Source: Patescibacteria group bacterium
Lineage (GTDB): Bacteria; Patescibacteriota; WWE3; UBA101185; UBA10185
Assembly (NCBI GenBank): GCA_019428825.1
Contig: JAHYJU010000003.1
Coordinates: 1 to 37,606 of the forward strand
Direction: 5' to 3'
DNA length: 37,606 nucleotides
Part shown: positions 1 to 9,601 of the stretch, one piece after another
How the letters are laid out: the number at the start of each line of letters is the position of its first letter
Numbering within the stretch: the stretch's first letter is position 1
The notes under the pieces: model-generated
What the model was told of the DNA's origin: nothing
Databases searched by the model: none
Seen by the model: only the letters and a program-made list of their open reading frames with translations
Translations under genes and position numbers: made by a program

Positions 1-2
1 AT

Positions 3-251
3 CGAGAAAAAGGCGAAAAATTAGTAAAGTATTTTGTCCAGAACAAATCCTTATCTAATTTTCCTGTTAATGCTGTTTGGGACTGTTTTGCTGGAAAATA
101 TTACGTGGATATTTCTATTTTGCACAGAGAAAAGTTCATTGGATTTTTAGAAGAGCATAGAGAGTCCTACAAGCACTCCAAGTTCAATTTGAAACTAGAA
201 TACTCACCAAGCGGCACAATCCTTGTCAGTTGGGTGAAAAAAAGGAGATAG
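3..251 (+). CDS. 3' part of a hypothetical protein, truncated by the window start (...YSPSGTILVSWVKKRR*)
   Basis: Frame 3 is open from the window edge to TAG at 249-251 and is followed by a hairpin plus T-run. Confidence 0.6.
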   Translation, partial: REKGEKLVKYFVQNKSLSNFPVNAVWDCFAGKYYVDISILHREKFIGFLEEHRESYKHSKFNLKLEYSPSGTILVSWVKKRR

Positions 252-266
252 TATAGATTTATTCAT

Positions 267-301
267 CCCCCGTGTTATTTAAAAATGCGGGGGCTTTTTT
301 T
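267..301 (+). terminator. Intrinsic terminator between convergent genes
   Basis: CCCCCGT...GCGGGGG stem followed by a T-run. Confidence 0.6.
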
Positions 302-458
302 ATAGAAAAAGATAAGGAAGAATTGAAGTTAAAATCAAGGCTGAAGTAGCAAGAATAATAATGATTTTAGTTATTGTGTCCTTCTTGAATATTTTTTTAA
401 CTTTCTTCTTGAACGCCTTCTTTTTATCTTTTTTAAATAAATCAGATATTTTTTTCAT
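300..458 (-). CDS. Small basic protein with a C-terminal TM helix, 52 aa (MKKISDLFKKDKKKAFKKKVKKIFKKDTITKIIIILATSALILTSILPYLFL)
   Basis: Translated by hand. ATG overlaps the tyrS stop (ATGA), suggesting translational coupling; Lys-rich N-terminus and hydrophobic C-terminus. Confidence 0.6.
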   Translation of the reverse strand: MKKISDLFKKDKKKAFKKKVKKIFKKDTITKIIIILATSALILTSILPYLFL

Positions 459-1666
459 TTATTTACCTCATAAAACTTTCTTTTACCAAACTTAACTATA
501 GTACCTTCTTTAAAATCCACAACCAGGAACGGGTCTGTAATTTTATTACCATCTATCTCTACCCCACCCTGTTCAATAATTCTTCTAATATTACTTAATG
601 AATTTTCCTCGTTATCAACTTTTTTCAAAAATTCAATTATCTGGAGAGTTCCGTTTACATCTGTTTTTGTAGTCGCTTCAGAAGTAATATCTTTATTCTG
701 CACAGTTTTTTCAAAAAATTCTTCTGCATTCTTAGCTTCTTTATCTCCTTTAATCATCTTAGTTATTTCGTAGGCCATAATCTTTTTATATTTCATTGGA
801 TTTTCTTCGGTTTTAATTTTTTCTTGAATTTCCCATATCTCTTCCAAAGGCATGTCGGTTAATAAACGAAGTCCTTTTAGAATAAGTTCATCGGGATAAG
901 ACATAGCTTTTCCATAAATATCCTCAGGGGAATCATTTAGGTTGATACCATTACCTTTGGTTTTACTCATAGTGATTGCATCAGGGGCTTCCATAAGCTC
1001 GTGCCCTCTCACAAATTTTTCTTTATTTATCATTACACGGGATAAACTTCTTCCCATCAACATGTTGAATATTTGGTCATTACCACCGATCTCCAAATCT
1101 ACTTCCATGGCAACGGAGTCATATCCTTGCATCAATGGATAAATAAACTCCTGTAATCCTATGGGAGTTAGTTCTTTTAATTTTCTCTGAAAAAGATCTC
1201 TTTCAAGCATTTGTTGAACAGTTGTTTTGGACATTAGGTCGATAATATCTTTAAGACTAAGTTTTGAAAGCCATTCTGAATTTCTTTTAAAATAAGCAGG
1301 GTTATCCCCTTCGAAATCAATTAGTTGGGATGCTTGTTTTTGCCAACCTTCCATGTTTTTCAAAATATCTTCTTCGGTCATAATTTTTCTATGCTTACCG
1401 TCACTTGGGTCGCCGGCGATAGCGGTAAAATCACCAACTAAAAATATTACCTCGTGACCTAGTTGTTGAAGTATTCTCAACGCTCTTATACCCATTGCGT
1501 GCCCGATGTGTAGGTAGGGTCCCGTAGGGTCGAATCCTGAATAAGCCTTAATCCTTTCCCCGGACATCAATTTTTCTTTTAAAGCTTCGGGTGAGGGGAT
1601 TATAGTCTCAACACCCCTTGTTAGGAATTTTTCTATTAGTTTTTCATCTTTTAGAACTTTTGGCAT
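455..1666 (-). CDS. tyrS: Tyrosine--tRNA ligase
   Basis: GFDPTG..LHIGH (HIGH motif), MSKT (KMSKS-like), YPLMQGYD, GGNDQ and a C-terminal S4-like domain. Start placed at ATG 1666, just after a TGnTATACT -10. Confidence 0.97.
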   Translation of the reverse strand: MPKVLKDEKLIEKFLTRGVETIIPSPEALKEKLMSGERIKAYSGFDPTGPYLHIGHAMGIRALRILQQLGHEVIFLVGDFTAIAGDPSDGKHRKIMTEEDILKNMEGWQKQASQLIDFEGDNPAYFKRNSEWLSKLSLKDIIDLMSKTTVQQMLERDLFQRKLKELTPIGLQEFIYPLMQGYDSVAMEVDLEIGGNDQIFNMLMGRSLSRVMINKEKFVRGHELMEAPDAITMSKTKGNGINLNDSPEDIYGKAMSYPDELILKGLRLLTDMPLEEIWEIQEKIKTEENPMKYKKIMAYEITKMIKGDKEAKNAEEFFEKTVQNKDITSEATTKTDVNGTLQIIEFLKKVDNEENSLSNIRRIIEQGGVEIDGNKITDPFLVVDFKEGTIVKFGKRKFYEVNK

Positions 1667-1692
1667 ATGTTGAAAGTATATCATCTTTTTCA

Positions 1693-1741
1693 AGGGCTCA
1701 GCCTAGGGCTGAGCCTAGGGCTGAGCCCGGGGCTCAGCCCT
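1693..1741. repeat. Tandem array of four 12-bp palindromic units (AGGGCT[C/G]AGCC[T/C]), REP-like
   Basis: AGGGCTCAGCCT AGGGCTGAGCCT AGGGCTGAGCCC GGGGCTCAGCCC read directly. Confidence 0.9.
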
Positions 1742-1748
1742 GAGAATA

Positions 1749-1784
1749 GAAAAACCCCCGGGGTCAATAAATGAAGCCGGGGGC
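1749..1784 (-). terminator. Intrinsic terminator for the 2368-1799 gene pair
   Basis: CCCCCGG...CCGGGGG stem with an A-run on the + strand, which is a U-tract on the - strand. Confidence 0.65.
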
Positions 1785-1798
1785 CAAAGTAATATTAA

Positions 1799-2065
1799 CT
1801 AACTAAAAGAAACTCTGTACTTGAAATCGTGTTTTCCTTTGCGACTTAATTCTTCCAATATGGTCATTTTGAAAAACTCTCCACTTTTGCGTGTTGAGTA
1901 GGAAAAATAGTAAGTTTTACCTATTTCTAGCTCCTTACCAACACTTACGCAGCCTTCTTTCAGTTCTGCTTTTGATTGTGCTTCAATCGAAATCGTTGCA
2001 GGAATTATTTTAATCGACTCTACATACTCTAATAAAATGGGAAAATTGTTACATCCCTTGCCCAT
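1799..2065 (-). CDS. Hypothetical protein, 88 aa
   Basis: ORF with SD (AAAGGAG) before ATG and a terminator after it; no family recognised. Confidence 0.6.
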   Translation of the reverse strand: MGKGCNNFPILLEYVESIKIIPATISIEAQSKAELKEGCVSVGKELEIGKTYYFSYSTRKSGEFFKMTILEELSRKGKHDFKYRVSFS

Positions 2066-2098
2066 CTGTTCTCCTTTTTCTCTATTTTTATAAGTTTT

Positions 2099-2368
2099 TT
2101 ATTTTACTATCTTTTCTTTCACCGTAAATTCGACATCTACGTGGTGGTTTACTTGCTTTCCACAATCTTGAGTCAAATAGCGCCAGATAATTCTTCGCGT
2201 CTCTCTAATAATTTCGCAAGGTCCCTTTAGTGTAAAAGGCCCTTTGAAATATAATGATGCTCTGCCCGGTTCCAAAGATGTTATGCGTTTCGTAATCTTC
2301 ATTTCAACATCTTCTTGCCTTTTTCCATTAGAATCAACTAGCGTTACGGAAAAAGTTTTATTAGCCAT
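2099..2368 (-). CDS. Hypothetical protein, 89 aa
   Basis: ORF with SD (AGGAG) before ATG; no family recognised. Confidence 0.6.
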   Translation of the reverse strand: MANKTFSVTLVDSNGKRQEDVEMKITKRITSLEPGRASLYFKGPFTLKGPCEIIRETRRIIWRYLTQDCGKQVNHHVDVEFTVKEKIVK

Positions 2369-2443
2369 ATTACTCTCCTATACTCTATTAGTGAATTTGT
2401 CTAGTCAATATACTATAAGGTTCGAGGGAAATCAAATGATAAG

Positions 2444-2504
2444 AGGGCTCAGCCTAGGGCTGAGCCTAGGGCCCGGCCTAGGGCCCGGCCTAGGGCCGGG
2501 CCCT
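2444..2504. repeat. Tandem array of five 12-bp palindromic units, REP-like
   Basis: AGGGCTCAGCCT AGGGCTGAGCCT AGGGCCCGGCCT AGGGCCCGGCCT AGGGCCGGGCCC read directly. Confidence 0.9.
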
Positions 2505-2527
2505 GCAATATCTGATATAATAAGTCG

Positions 2528-5272
2528 ATGAAAAAAACGCGTGCGCCAAAATACAAATCAATGCAAAAATTAAAGGGTAAGAATAAATTTTTTAGTCGTG
2601 TTTTGAAAATAATAAAAGCTGTTTTTGGTTTTATTTTAAAGGTAATTCAGAAAATATTCGGAATGTTTGATCTTTCACAAAAAAACAAAGGCCTTACAAC
2701 GACACAGAGAAAAAAGAAGCTTTACACCATGTCTTATATAGCATCAATATTCCTCGGGGTGATAGTAGCAGGAATGTTTTTTGTAATTTTCATTTTTGCA
2801 TTTTTTTCAAGAGACCTTCCAAATCCTAATCAGCTTTTGGAAAGGACATTCGAACTTTCCACCCGTTTTTACGATAGAAACGACGTTCTCCTATATGAAG
2901 TTTATGGAGATAAAAATAGAACCCTAGTTCAACTTGCTGATGTTTCCCCCAACGTGGCACACGCAACCCTATCAGTTGAAGATTCGGAATTTTATTTACA
3001 TAAAGGTTATTCACTAAGAGGAATCGTAAGAGCCTTGAGAAACACAATTTTTGGCGGGGATCTGCAGGGTGGTTCTACCATAACTCAGCAAGCCATAAAG
3101 AATACTCTTTTAACCCAGGAAAGAACTGTTGTAAGAAAAATTAAAGAATTAATCCTCTCCTTACAGCTAGAGAATAGATACTCAAAAGATGAGATTTTGC
3201 AAATGTATCTTAATGAAAGTCCTTACGGAGGTATGAATTATGGAATTTATAGTGCCGCTAAAGCTTATTTTAATAAAGACCCAAAGGATTTGAGTTTGTC
3301 TGAGTCCGCTTATCTTGCGGGTCTAACTCAGAGTCCTTCCTATTATTCGCAGTTTGGGTCCAATCCGGAAGCTGGGATAGAAAGAAGAAACTATGTTTTG
3401 TATCTTATGAGAGAGCGTGGTTGGGTTGCTGCGGATGGTAAGAGATATTACATATCGGACGAAGAACACGAGCAGGCCAAAAATGAAGTATTGAAATTTG
3501 ATACTGCAAAAATTCCGCTAGAAGCACCCCATTTTACTTACTATGTTAAACAATATTTGGTTGAGATTCTTGGTCAGGAAGCTGTGGAGATGGGTGGTCT
3601 AAAAGTTAAAACTACCTTAGACCTTGAAACTCAAAAACTAGCTCAAAAAATCGTTGAAGAGGAAATTGATGATTCAAGTAATTTAAATATTCATAACGCC
3701 AGTATAGTTGTTATAGATCCTAAAGAGGGTGGTATTTTAGCAATGGTTGGTTCCAGAGGTTACAACCTAGACCCCTACCCCGAGGGTTGTGTGTCGGGAG
3801 CTACGGGAGAAGGAAGTTGTTTGTTCGATCCATATGTTAATGTAGCTTTAGCAAAAAGACAGCCTGGGTCAGCAATAAAGCCCATTACTTACGCCACCAT
3901 GCTTTCACAAGGTTACACCGTGGCTTATCCTTTTGTTGATGTCCCTACAAATTTTGAGGGTTCTGCCCCGAACAAACCATATCAACCTACAAACTACGAT
4001 GGTTCTTACCGAGGTGTAATGCCGCTAAGAAAATCTCTTGGAAACTCAATAAATGTAACAGCTGTTAAAGCCCTAAAGATTGTGGGCATAGATAACATGA
4101 TAGACCAGGCAGAAAAAATGGGCATAACGACATTTACTGATAGAGACCGCTATGGTTTAGCCCTAACTTTGGGTGGTGGTGAAACAAAGTTATTAGAACT
4201 CACAGGAGCTTTTTCTGTATTTGCTGCAAAGGGAATATATAGAGAGCCAAATCCAATAATTGAAGTTACCGATCAGAGAGGAAGAGTTGTTTACAAACCT
4301 TCAATGGCAGAAAAAAGAGCTTTAAGTGAGGAAGTAGCCTTTTTGATATCTGATATTTTATCCGACGACGGCGCCAGGTCCGATGTTTTTGGTGCCGGCT
4401 CCTTACTTAATGTACCCGGAAGACAGGTAGCAGTAAAAACAGGAACTACCGATGATAAAAGAGATAACTATGCTATCGGTTTCACTCCATCTGTGGTCGC
4501 AGGAGTATGGGTTGGTAATAGTAATAATGACAGAATGAATCCTTATGTGGCTTCAGGTATCTCAGGCGCTACACCGATATATAGAAGATTTATGATGGAA
4601 TATCTCGAAGGAAAGGAAGTTGAGAGATTTGAAAATCCCCCTACCGTTGAAAAAATGGAAGTTGATAGATTAACCGGTGGTCTTCCTTATAAAGATTTTG
4701 ATAGGAGAACCGAATGGTTCGCAAAAAATACCCAGCCGACTGCAGTTAGTGATTGGTATCAAAGAATAAGAATTTGCAAAATAGATGGAAGAATTGCTAA
4801 TGAGTCTTGTATTGAAGCCGATCAGTCTAAGGAAGCTGATTTTATTCGCATAAGAGCGGAGTTCAATGAATGGCAGAGTTCAGTTGATTCTTGGGTAAAG
4901 GGTGCTTATAAAGATGATGAAAAATATTTTCCTCCAGAAATGGTTTCAAGACTGGAATTTGATGAGGACGGTAAGGTTTCAAATAAGGATGATGTTTATG
5001 CTCAAATAGTAGGCTATAAAAATGGTGATTCAGTGAACTTGAATTTTAGATTGAATGTTGAAGTTTCAAGTTATAGAGATATCGAAAGAGTTACTTTCTA
5101 CATGGACGAAGAAAAGGTGTCTGAGGATAAAAACTCTCCTTATGGTTATACTTTCAGTTTAAGCGCGGATAAGATAGGTGAGCATACTTTTAAGGTTATT
5201 GCTACCGATGAAAAAGATAATAAAGGGAGCGATGAGATAAAGCTAAATGTTCGGGGTTATGCTGTCGACTAA
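2528..5272 (+). CDS. Class A penicillin-binding protein (transglycosylase/transpeptidase) with a C-terminal Ig-like domain
   Basis: N-terminal TM; GT51 motifs EDSEFYLH, QGGSTITQQ and RKIKE; transpeptidase motifs SAIK (SxxK), SIN (SxN) and KTGT. Confidence 0.93.
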   Translation: MKKTRAPKYKSMQKLKGKNKFFSRVLKIIKAVFGFILKVIQKIFGMFDLSQKNKGLTTTQRKKKLYTMSYIASIFLGVIVAGMFFVIFIFAFFSRDLPNPNQLLERTFELSTRFYDRNDVLLYEVYGDKNRTLVQLADVSPNVAHATLSVEDSEFYLHKGYSLRGIVRALRNTIFGGDLQGGSTITQQAIKNTLLTQERTVVRKIKELILSLQLENRYSKDEILQMYLNESPYGGMNYGIYSAAKAYFNKDPKDLSLSESAYLAGLTQSPSYYSQFGSNPEAGIERRNYVLYLMRERGWVAADGKRYYISDEEHEQAKNEVLKFDTAKIPLEAPHFTYYVKQYLVEILGQEAVEMGGLKVKTTLDLETQKLAQKIVEEEIDDSSNLNIHNASIVVIDPKEGGILAMVGSRGYNLDPYPEGCVSGATGEGSCLFDPYVNVALAKRQPGSAIKPITYATMLSQGYTVAYPFVDVPTNFEGSAPNKPYQPTNYDGSYRGVMPLRKSLGNSINVTAVKALKIVGIDNMIDQAEKMGITTFTDRDRYGLALTLGGGETKLLELTGAFSVFAAKGIYREPNPIIEVTDQRGRVVYKPSMAEKRALSEEVAFLISDILSDDGARSDVFGAGSLLNVPGRQVAVKTGTTDDKRDNYAIGFTPSVVAGVWVGNSNNDRMNPYVASGISGATPIYRRFMMEYLEGKEVERFENPPTVEKMEVDRLTGGLPYKDFDRRTEWFAKNTQPTAVSDWYQRIRICKIDGRIANESCIEADQSKEADFIRIRAEFNEWQSSVDSWVKGAYKDDEKYFPPEMVSRLEFDEDGKVSNKDDVYAQIVGYKNGDSVNLNFRLNVEVSSYRDIERVTFYMDEEKVSEDKNSPYGYTFSLSADKIGEHTFKVIATDEKDNKGSDEIKLNVRGYAVD

Positions 5273-5350
5273 AATGATTCTGAATGAATGTTTATCTCAG
5301 CTTTTCGTTATTGGCACTTATCCTTGTAACTGATATATTTACATTATTCT

Positions 5351-6388
5351 ATGGACAATCCCAATGATATTGAGAATATAAAAAAATATTTGTCCGAAAA
5401 ACTTGAAACTGTTTCAAGTGTTGATGATATTTCAAAAATTAGAAACGAGTTCTTAGGGAAAAAAGGGTTTATCGGTAAAATGCTTTCCGATATGAGAAAT
5501 ATTTCTTCAGACCAAAGAAAGGATTACGGTGCAAAATTAAACTTATTGAAAATAGAGGTTGAAAACATGATAGATGAATACTCCGGGAAATTTGAAAACG
5601 ACAAAGATTCAATCTATACCGAACTTTATAAATCGTTGCCCGGGCGTAAGCCTGAAATTGGTCATATAAATATAATTACCCAAGCAATTTCTGAAATAAC
5701 CAAAGTATTTGCCCCACTGGGTTTTAACAGAGTTAGATACCCTGAAATTGATAGAGAATATTATGTTTTTGAAGCTCTTAATATGCCTGAAACTCACCCC
5801 GCAAGGGATGAGTGGGAAACTTTCTTTGTAGATAGTCCTAATGACGAAAAACTTGGAAGACTTGTTATTACGCCCCATACCTCAAGTGGTCAGGTTAGAG
5901 AAATGCTAAAAGGAGAATTACCTATAAGAATGTTAAATATCTCAAGATGCGGAAGAAGACAAATAGATGTTAGCCACGTTCCCAGTTTTTATCAATTTGA
6001 GGGTTTGGTTATTGATGAAAATATAAGCACAACCCATCTTATTGGAGTTTTGGACTATTTTGCAAAAAATTTCTTTGGGGCTGATAGAGAAACCAGGTTG
6101 CGACCTTATCACTTTAGATTCACAGAGCCCAGCTTTGAGGTTGATATTAACTGTGGAATATGTCATGGCAAGGGTTGTAAACTTTGTAAAGGTGGTTGGC
6201 TTGAACTTGGAGGTGCCGGAATGGTTCATCCTAATGTTTTAAAAGCCGGTGGTGTTGACACTGAAAAGTATTCGGGTTTTGCATTTGGTTGGGGAGTTGA
6301 AAGAACTTATATGATGAAATCAGGAACAAAAATTGATGATATAAGAAACCTTTTTTCAAATGATTTAAGATTTTTGGAGCAATTTTAA
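5351..6388 (+). CDS. pheS: Phenylalanine--tRNA ligase alpha subunit
   Basis: HPARD, TPHTS, FYQFEG, FRFTEPS, GAGMVHP and GFAFGWGVER; contains a CxxCxGxGCxxC insert. Confidence 0.97.
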   Translation: MDNPNDIENIKKYLSEKLETVSSVDDISKIRNEFLGKKGFIGKMLSDMRNISSDQRKDYGAKLNLLKIEVENMIDEYSGKFENDKDSIYTELYKSLPGRKPEIGHINIITQAISEITKVFAPLGFNRVRYPEIDREYYVFEALNMPETHPARDEWETFFVDSPNDEKLGRLVITPHTSSGQVREMLKGELPIRMLNISRCGRRQIDVSHVPSFYQFEGLVIDENISTTHLIGVLDYFAKNFFGADRETRLRPYHFRFTEPSFEVDINCGICHGKGCKLCKGGWLELGGAGMVHPNVLKAGGVDTEKYSGFAFGWGVERTYMMKSGTKIDDIRNLFSNDLRFLEQF

Positions 6389-6389
6389 T

Positions 6390-8294
6390 ATGAACATATC
6401 TATACCCTACTCTTGGATAAAAGATTATATAAAAACAGACGCTAAAGCAGAAGATATAGCTAGAATATTATCTTTGCATTCTTTTAGTGTGGATAAAATA
6501 ATTAAAGCCGGGGGCGATGAAATTTTTGAAATAGAAGTTACCCCGAATCGCGGAGATGCCTTATCTGTTTTGGGGATAGCAAGGGAACTAAAAGTACTTT
6601 TACCAAGACAGGGATTTAAATGTGAGTGGTTAAAAAAAGAATATGAAGAGCCTAAGAATTTGGACGTGCAGGATAATATTGAAGTTGTGATTAAAGATAA
6701 AACATTGGTGCCGAGATTTAGTGCGGTAATAATGGATAATGTAAAATTTGTCGAATCTCCGAAACTAATCAGAGAGCGTCTTGAAAATGTCGGTATTAGA
6801 CCTTTGGGCAATGTTATTGATGTTACTAACTATATGATGATAGACAAAGGCCAACCCATGCATGTTTTTGATTACGAAAAAATATTGGGTTCAAAGATGA
6901 TAGTAAGGGAGTCAACAGAAGGTGAGGTTATTTCAACTTTGGACGGTATAGATAGAAAACTTCCTTCGGGGGTTATTGTTATTGAAGATGAGGACGGACG
7001 TTTAATAGACTTGTGCGGAATCATGGGTGCAAAAAACAGCGAAGTTGATGAAAATACAAAGAAGATTCTTTTATTTGTTCAGGTTTACGACCCGGTTAAG
7101 ATAAGAAAAGCTTCTATGAGTTTAGGTCACAGGACCGATGCTGCTTTGAGATTTGAAAAAGGGATTGATTACGAAGGCGTTATCCCCGCACTTTGGGAAT
7201 CAGTTGAAATGATAAGTAAGCTTTCAGGTGCAAAATTATCATCGGGTCTTATTGATATTGTAAATTATGAAAGGGATCCCAAAGAAATACATATTGATTT
7301 TCAGAAGATAAATAAATTAGCCGGTATTGAGATAGAAAATCAAAAAGTTTCTTCAATTCTCTCTGACTTGGGTTTTGAAAAAGTTGGTGATGGCAACGTA
7401 ATGGTACCTTCATGGAGATATGAGGATATAAACATTATTGAGGATTTAGCTGAAGAAGTAATTAGGATTTACGGTTATTACAACTTACCTGCAAAACTTC
7501 CTTCGGGGGAAATTCCCGTGAGGGAAATTGATAAAACTTTTTATTGGGAAAAGGTTGTCAGGTATTTTCTTAAATACGTGGGATTTTTTGAATGTTATAC
7601 ATATTCCGCTACAGATAAAGAAAATGTAGATGAAAATGCATTGAATTTATCTAATCCTCTTAATGAAGATATGACCCATTTAAAAACTTCCCTACTCCCC
7701 CAGCTTTTGGATGTGGTTAATAAAAATCAGGGTTACTCCGAGAAAATAAAAATCTTTGAAATAGGGAGCGTCTATCTTTTAAGTGGGTTGAATAGTGAGG
7801 ATAAAATACCAGATCAACCACTGAGGCTCGGAATAGTAACAAAAGGTATAGATTACAATGAGTTAAAGGGAATTTTGAAGGGTATGTTTGATACTTTGGG
7901 AATTAAATATGGCTTAGAGGAGAGTTTAGGCATCAAATACGAGATAAAAGAGTATGGCGGGGAAAGACTTGGTGTTGAGTTTAATTTTGACGATTTAGTT
8001 CAAAAGGCCACTAAAGTAAGAGCTTACAAACCTCTGACCAGCTTTAACTCAATAAAGGAAGACCTTACTTTTGAGATTCCTCAGGGAGTTCTATATCCTC
8101 AAATTGAGAAGATTATTCTGGAAACTGATAAAAGAATTTTCAAACTTGAATTTAAGGATATATATAAAAATTACCTTACATTCTCTATTGAATATTTGGA
8201 TGATGAGAAGCAAATTTCTTCTGAAGATACCCAGGAGATTAGAAAAAAGATATTTAAAAATTTAGAAAAGCTCGGGGTTAAACTTAAAATTTAA
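6390..8294 (+). CDS. pheT: Phenylalanine--tRNA ligase beta subunit, short form
   Basis: EVTPNRGDALS, VIDVTNY..GQPMHVFD, RFEKG and DLAEEVIRIYGY; directly follows pheS. Confidence 0.95.
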   Translation: MNISIPYSWIKDYIKTDAKAEDIARILSLHSFSVDKIIKAGGDEIFEIEVTPNRGDALSVLGIARELKVLLPRQGFKCEWLKKEYEEPKNLDVQDNIEVVIKDKTLVPRFSAVIMDNVKFVESPKLIRERLENVGIRPLGNVIDVTNYMMIDKGQPMHVFDYEKILGSKMIVRESTEGEVISTLDGIDRKLPSGVIVIEDEDGRLIDLCGIMGAKNSEVDENTKKILLFVQVYDPVKIRKASMSLGHRTDAALRFEKGIDYEGVIPALWESVEMISKLSGAKLSSGLIDIVNYERDPKEIHIDFQKINKLAGIEIENQKVSSILSDLGFEKVGDGNVMVPSWRYEDINIIEDLAEEVIRIYGYYNLPAKLPSGEIPVREIDKTFYWEKVVRYFLKYVGFFECYTYSATDKENVDENALNLSNPLNEDMTHLKTSLLPQLLDVVNKNQGYSEKIKIFEIGSVYLLSGLNSEDKIPDQPLRLGIVTKGIDYNELKGILKGMFDTLGIKYGLEESLGIKYEIKEYGGERLGVEFNFDDLVQKATKVRAYKPLTSFNSIKEDLTFEIPQGVLYPQIEKIILETDKRIFKLEFKDIYKNYLTFSIEYLDDEKQISSEDTQEIRKKIFKNLEKLGVKLKI

Positions 8295-8305
8295 TCTATT
8301 TTCAT

Positions 8306-9595
8306 ATGTTTCAATTAAAAGATTTTGGAGTAACTAAAAACACAGGTGTCTTAAAAAATGGTTCGAAGGTTTTTCATTTTTATAAACCTAATATGCCTGT
8401 TTCTACTGCTGTTATTTTTGATTCAGGTTCTAAATTTGATCCCGTTGGAAAAGAAGGACTTGCTCATTTTGTCGAACATATACTTTTTAAAAGCACTAAA
8501 AAATTTAAAGACGAGACGGAGGCCGGGCTTTTTTTAGAAAGTATCGGTGGTCAGGCTAATGCCTTTACGGGTGTTGACCTTCTTGGAGTAACTGCCGATA
8601 TCGGTATAGAATTAGATTATCCTAAGGTTGTTGATTTTATCCACGAGCTTACAAAAGAATCTTTATTTGAGGAACAGAAGATTGAGATTGAGAGAGGAAC
8701 TATTCTTGGTGAGATAGCCGATTATGAGTCAAACCCCGCACTTCATATTAGAGATTTAATGCAAGATGGTTTGTTCCAGGGTACTTATGCTGAAAGACCT
8801 ATTGCCGGAAATGCTGAAACTGTTATGGGCATATCACGCGATGACTTGTATAATTTTTACAAATCAAGGATAGCAGCAAAAAATATGTCTGTTGTTGTAG
8901 CAGGTGATATTGAGTTTGATAAAATCGTTGATTTGTTTGATGCTACATTTTCTGAAGCACTGCCCTTCGAAGAAAAATCGGATGCCGGGGATTTAGAGGT
9001 TATTAGGAAAGATCCTTTGGGTATAAAGGTTTACGAAGGTATTGACCATATATTTACGGGTTTTTCTTTTAGAACGGGCAGGTATACTAATCCTGATTCT
9101 AAGGTTTTGGATGTCATTGAAACACTTATGGGAGAGGGTTTTTCTTCGTCTCTTTTTAGAAAATTAAGGACTGAAAACGGATTGGTTTATTCTCTTAAGG
9201 TTATGTCGGGAAGTTATATAGACAGAGGTCATTTTTCTGTTGTAACCGCGACTTCGAAAGAAAAATTACAGTTAGTTCTTGATATTTTAACAAGTGAGTT
9301 TAAAAGATTGGAGAGTGGTGATGTTGATGAGGTTGAGTTAAATCTGGCAAAACAAAAAATAATTAGATCTAAAATAAGAGAAATGCAGGATTCTAACACT
9401 TGGGTTGGTTTTCATCTTTCTGATATTTTTTTTAATCCGGATAATCCTATTGACCTGGCAGGGTATTTGAATGAGATTGAAAATATTACACTAAAAGATG
9501 TAGTTGAAATTTCCAAAAAGTATTTTACTAAAAACAGTTGGTATTTGGCTCTGTGCGGTGATGTTAAGGAAAATGATTTTAAGATTGATTACTGA
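8306..9595 (+). CDS. M16 family (insulinase/pitrilysin-like) zinc peptidase
   Basis: GLAHFVEH (HxxEH), NAFT and LRTENGLVY. Confidence 0.92.
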   Translation: MFQLKDFGVTKNTGVLKNGSKVFHFYKPNMPVSTAVIFDSGSKFDPVGKEGLAHFVEHILFKSTKKFKDETEAGLFLESIGGQANAFTGVDLLGVTADIGIELDYPKVVDFIHELTKESLFEEQKIEIERGTILGEIADYESNPALHIRDLMQDGLFQGTYAERPIAGNAETVMGISRDDLYNFYKSRIAAKNMSVVVAGDIEFDKIVDLFDATFSEALPFEEKSDAGDLEVIRKDPLGIKVYEGIDHIFTGFSFRTGRYTNPDSKVLDVIETLMGEGFSSSLFRKLRTENGLVYSLKVMSGSYIDRGHFSVVTATSKEKLQLVLDILTSEFKRLESGDVDEVELNLAKQKIIRSKIREMQDSNTWVGFHLSDIFFNPDNPIDLAGYLNEIENITLKDVVEISKKYFTKNSWYLALCGDVKENDFKIDY

Positions 9596-9601
9596 AAAAT
9601 A

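Noticed and set aside
1693-2504. CRISPR array interpretation of the palindromic repeats
   Set aside because: The units are 12 bp and contiguous with no unique spacers, and no cas genes are in the window.
2244-2531. 95-aa + strand ORF ending in LGLSLGPGLGPG repeats
   Set aside because: It is antisense to an SD-led ORF and its tail is just the translated palindrome array.
5273-5350. T-box or Phe-rich leader upstream of pheS (likewise a Tyr leader before tyrS)
   Set aside because: The region is too short, with no T-box consensus, terminator or cognate codon run.
7895-7941. Short LGIKY peptide duplication inside pheT
   Set aside because: A diverged five-codon repeat in a variable loop, with no sign of an inserted element.
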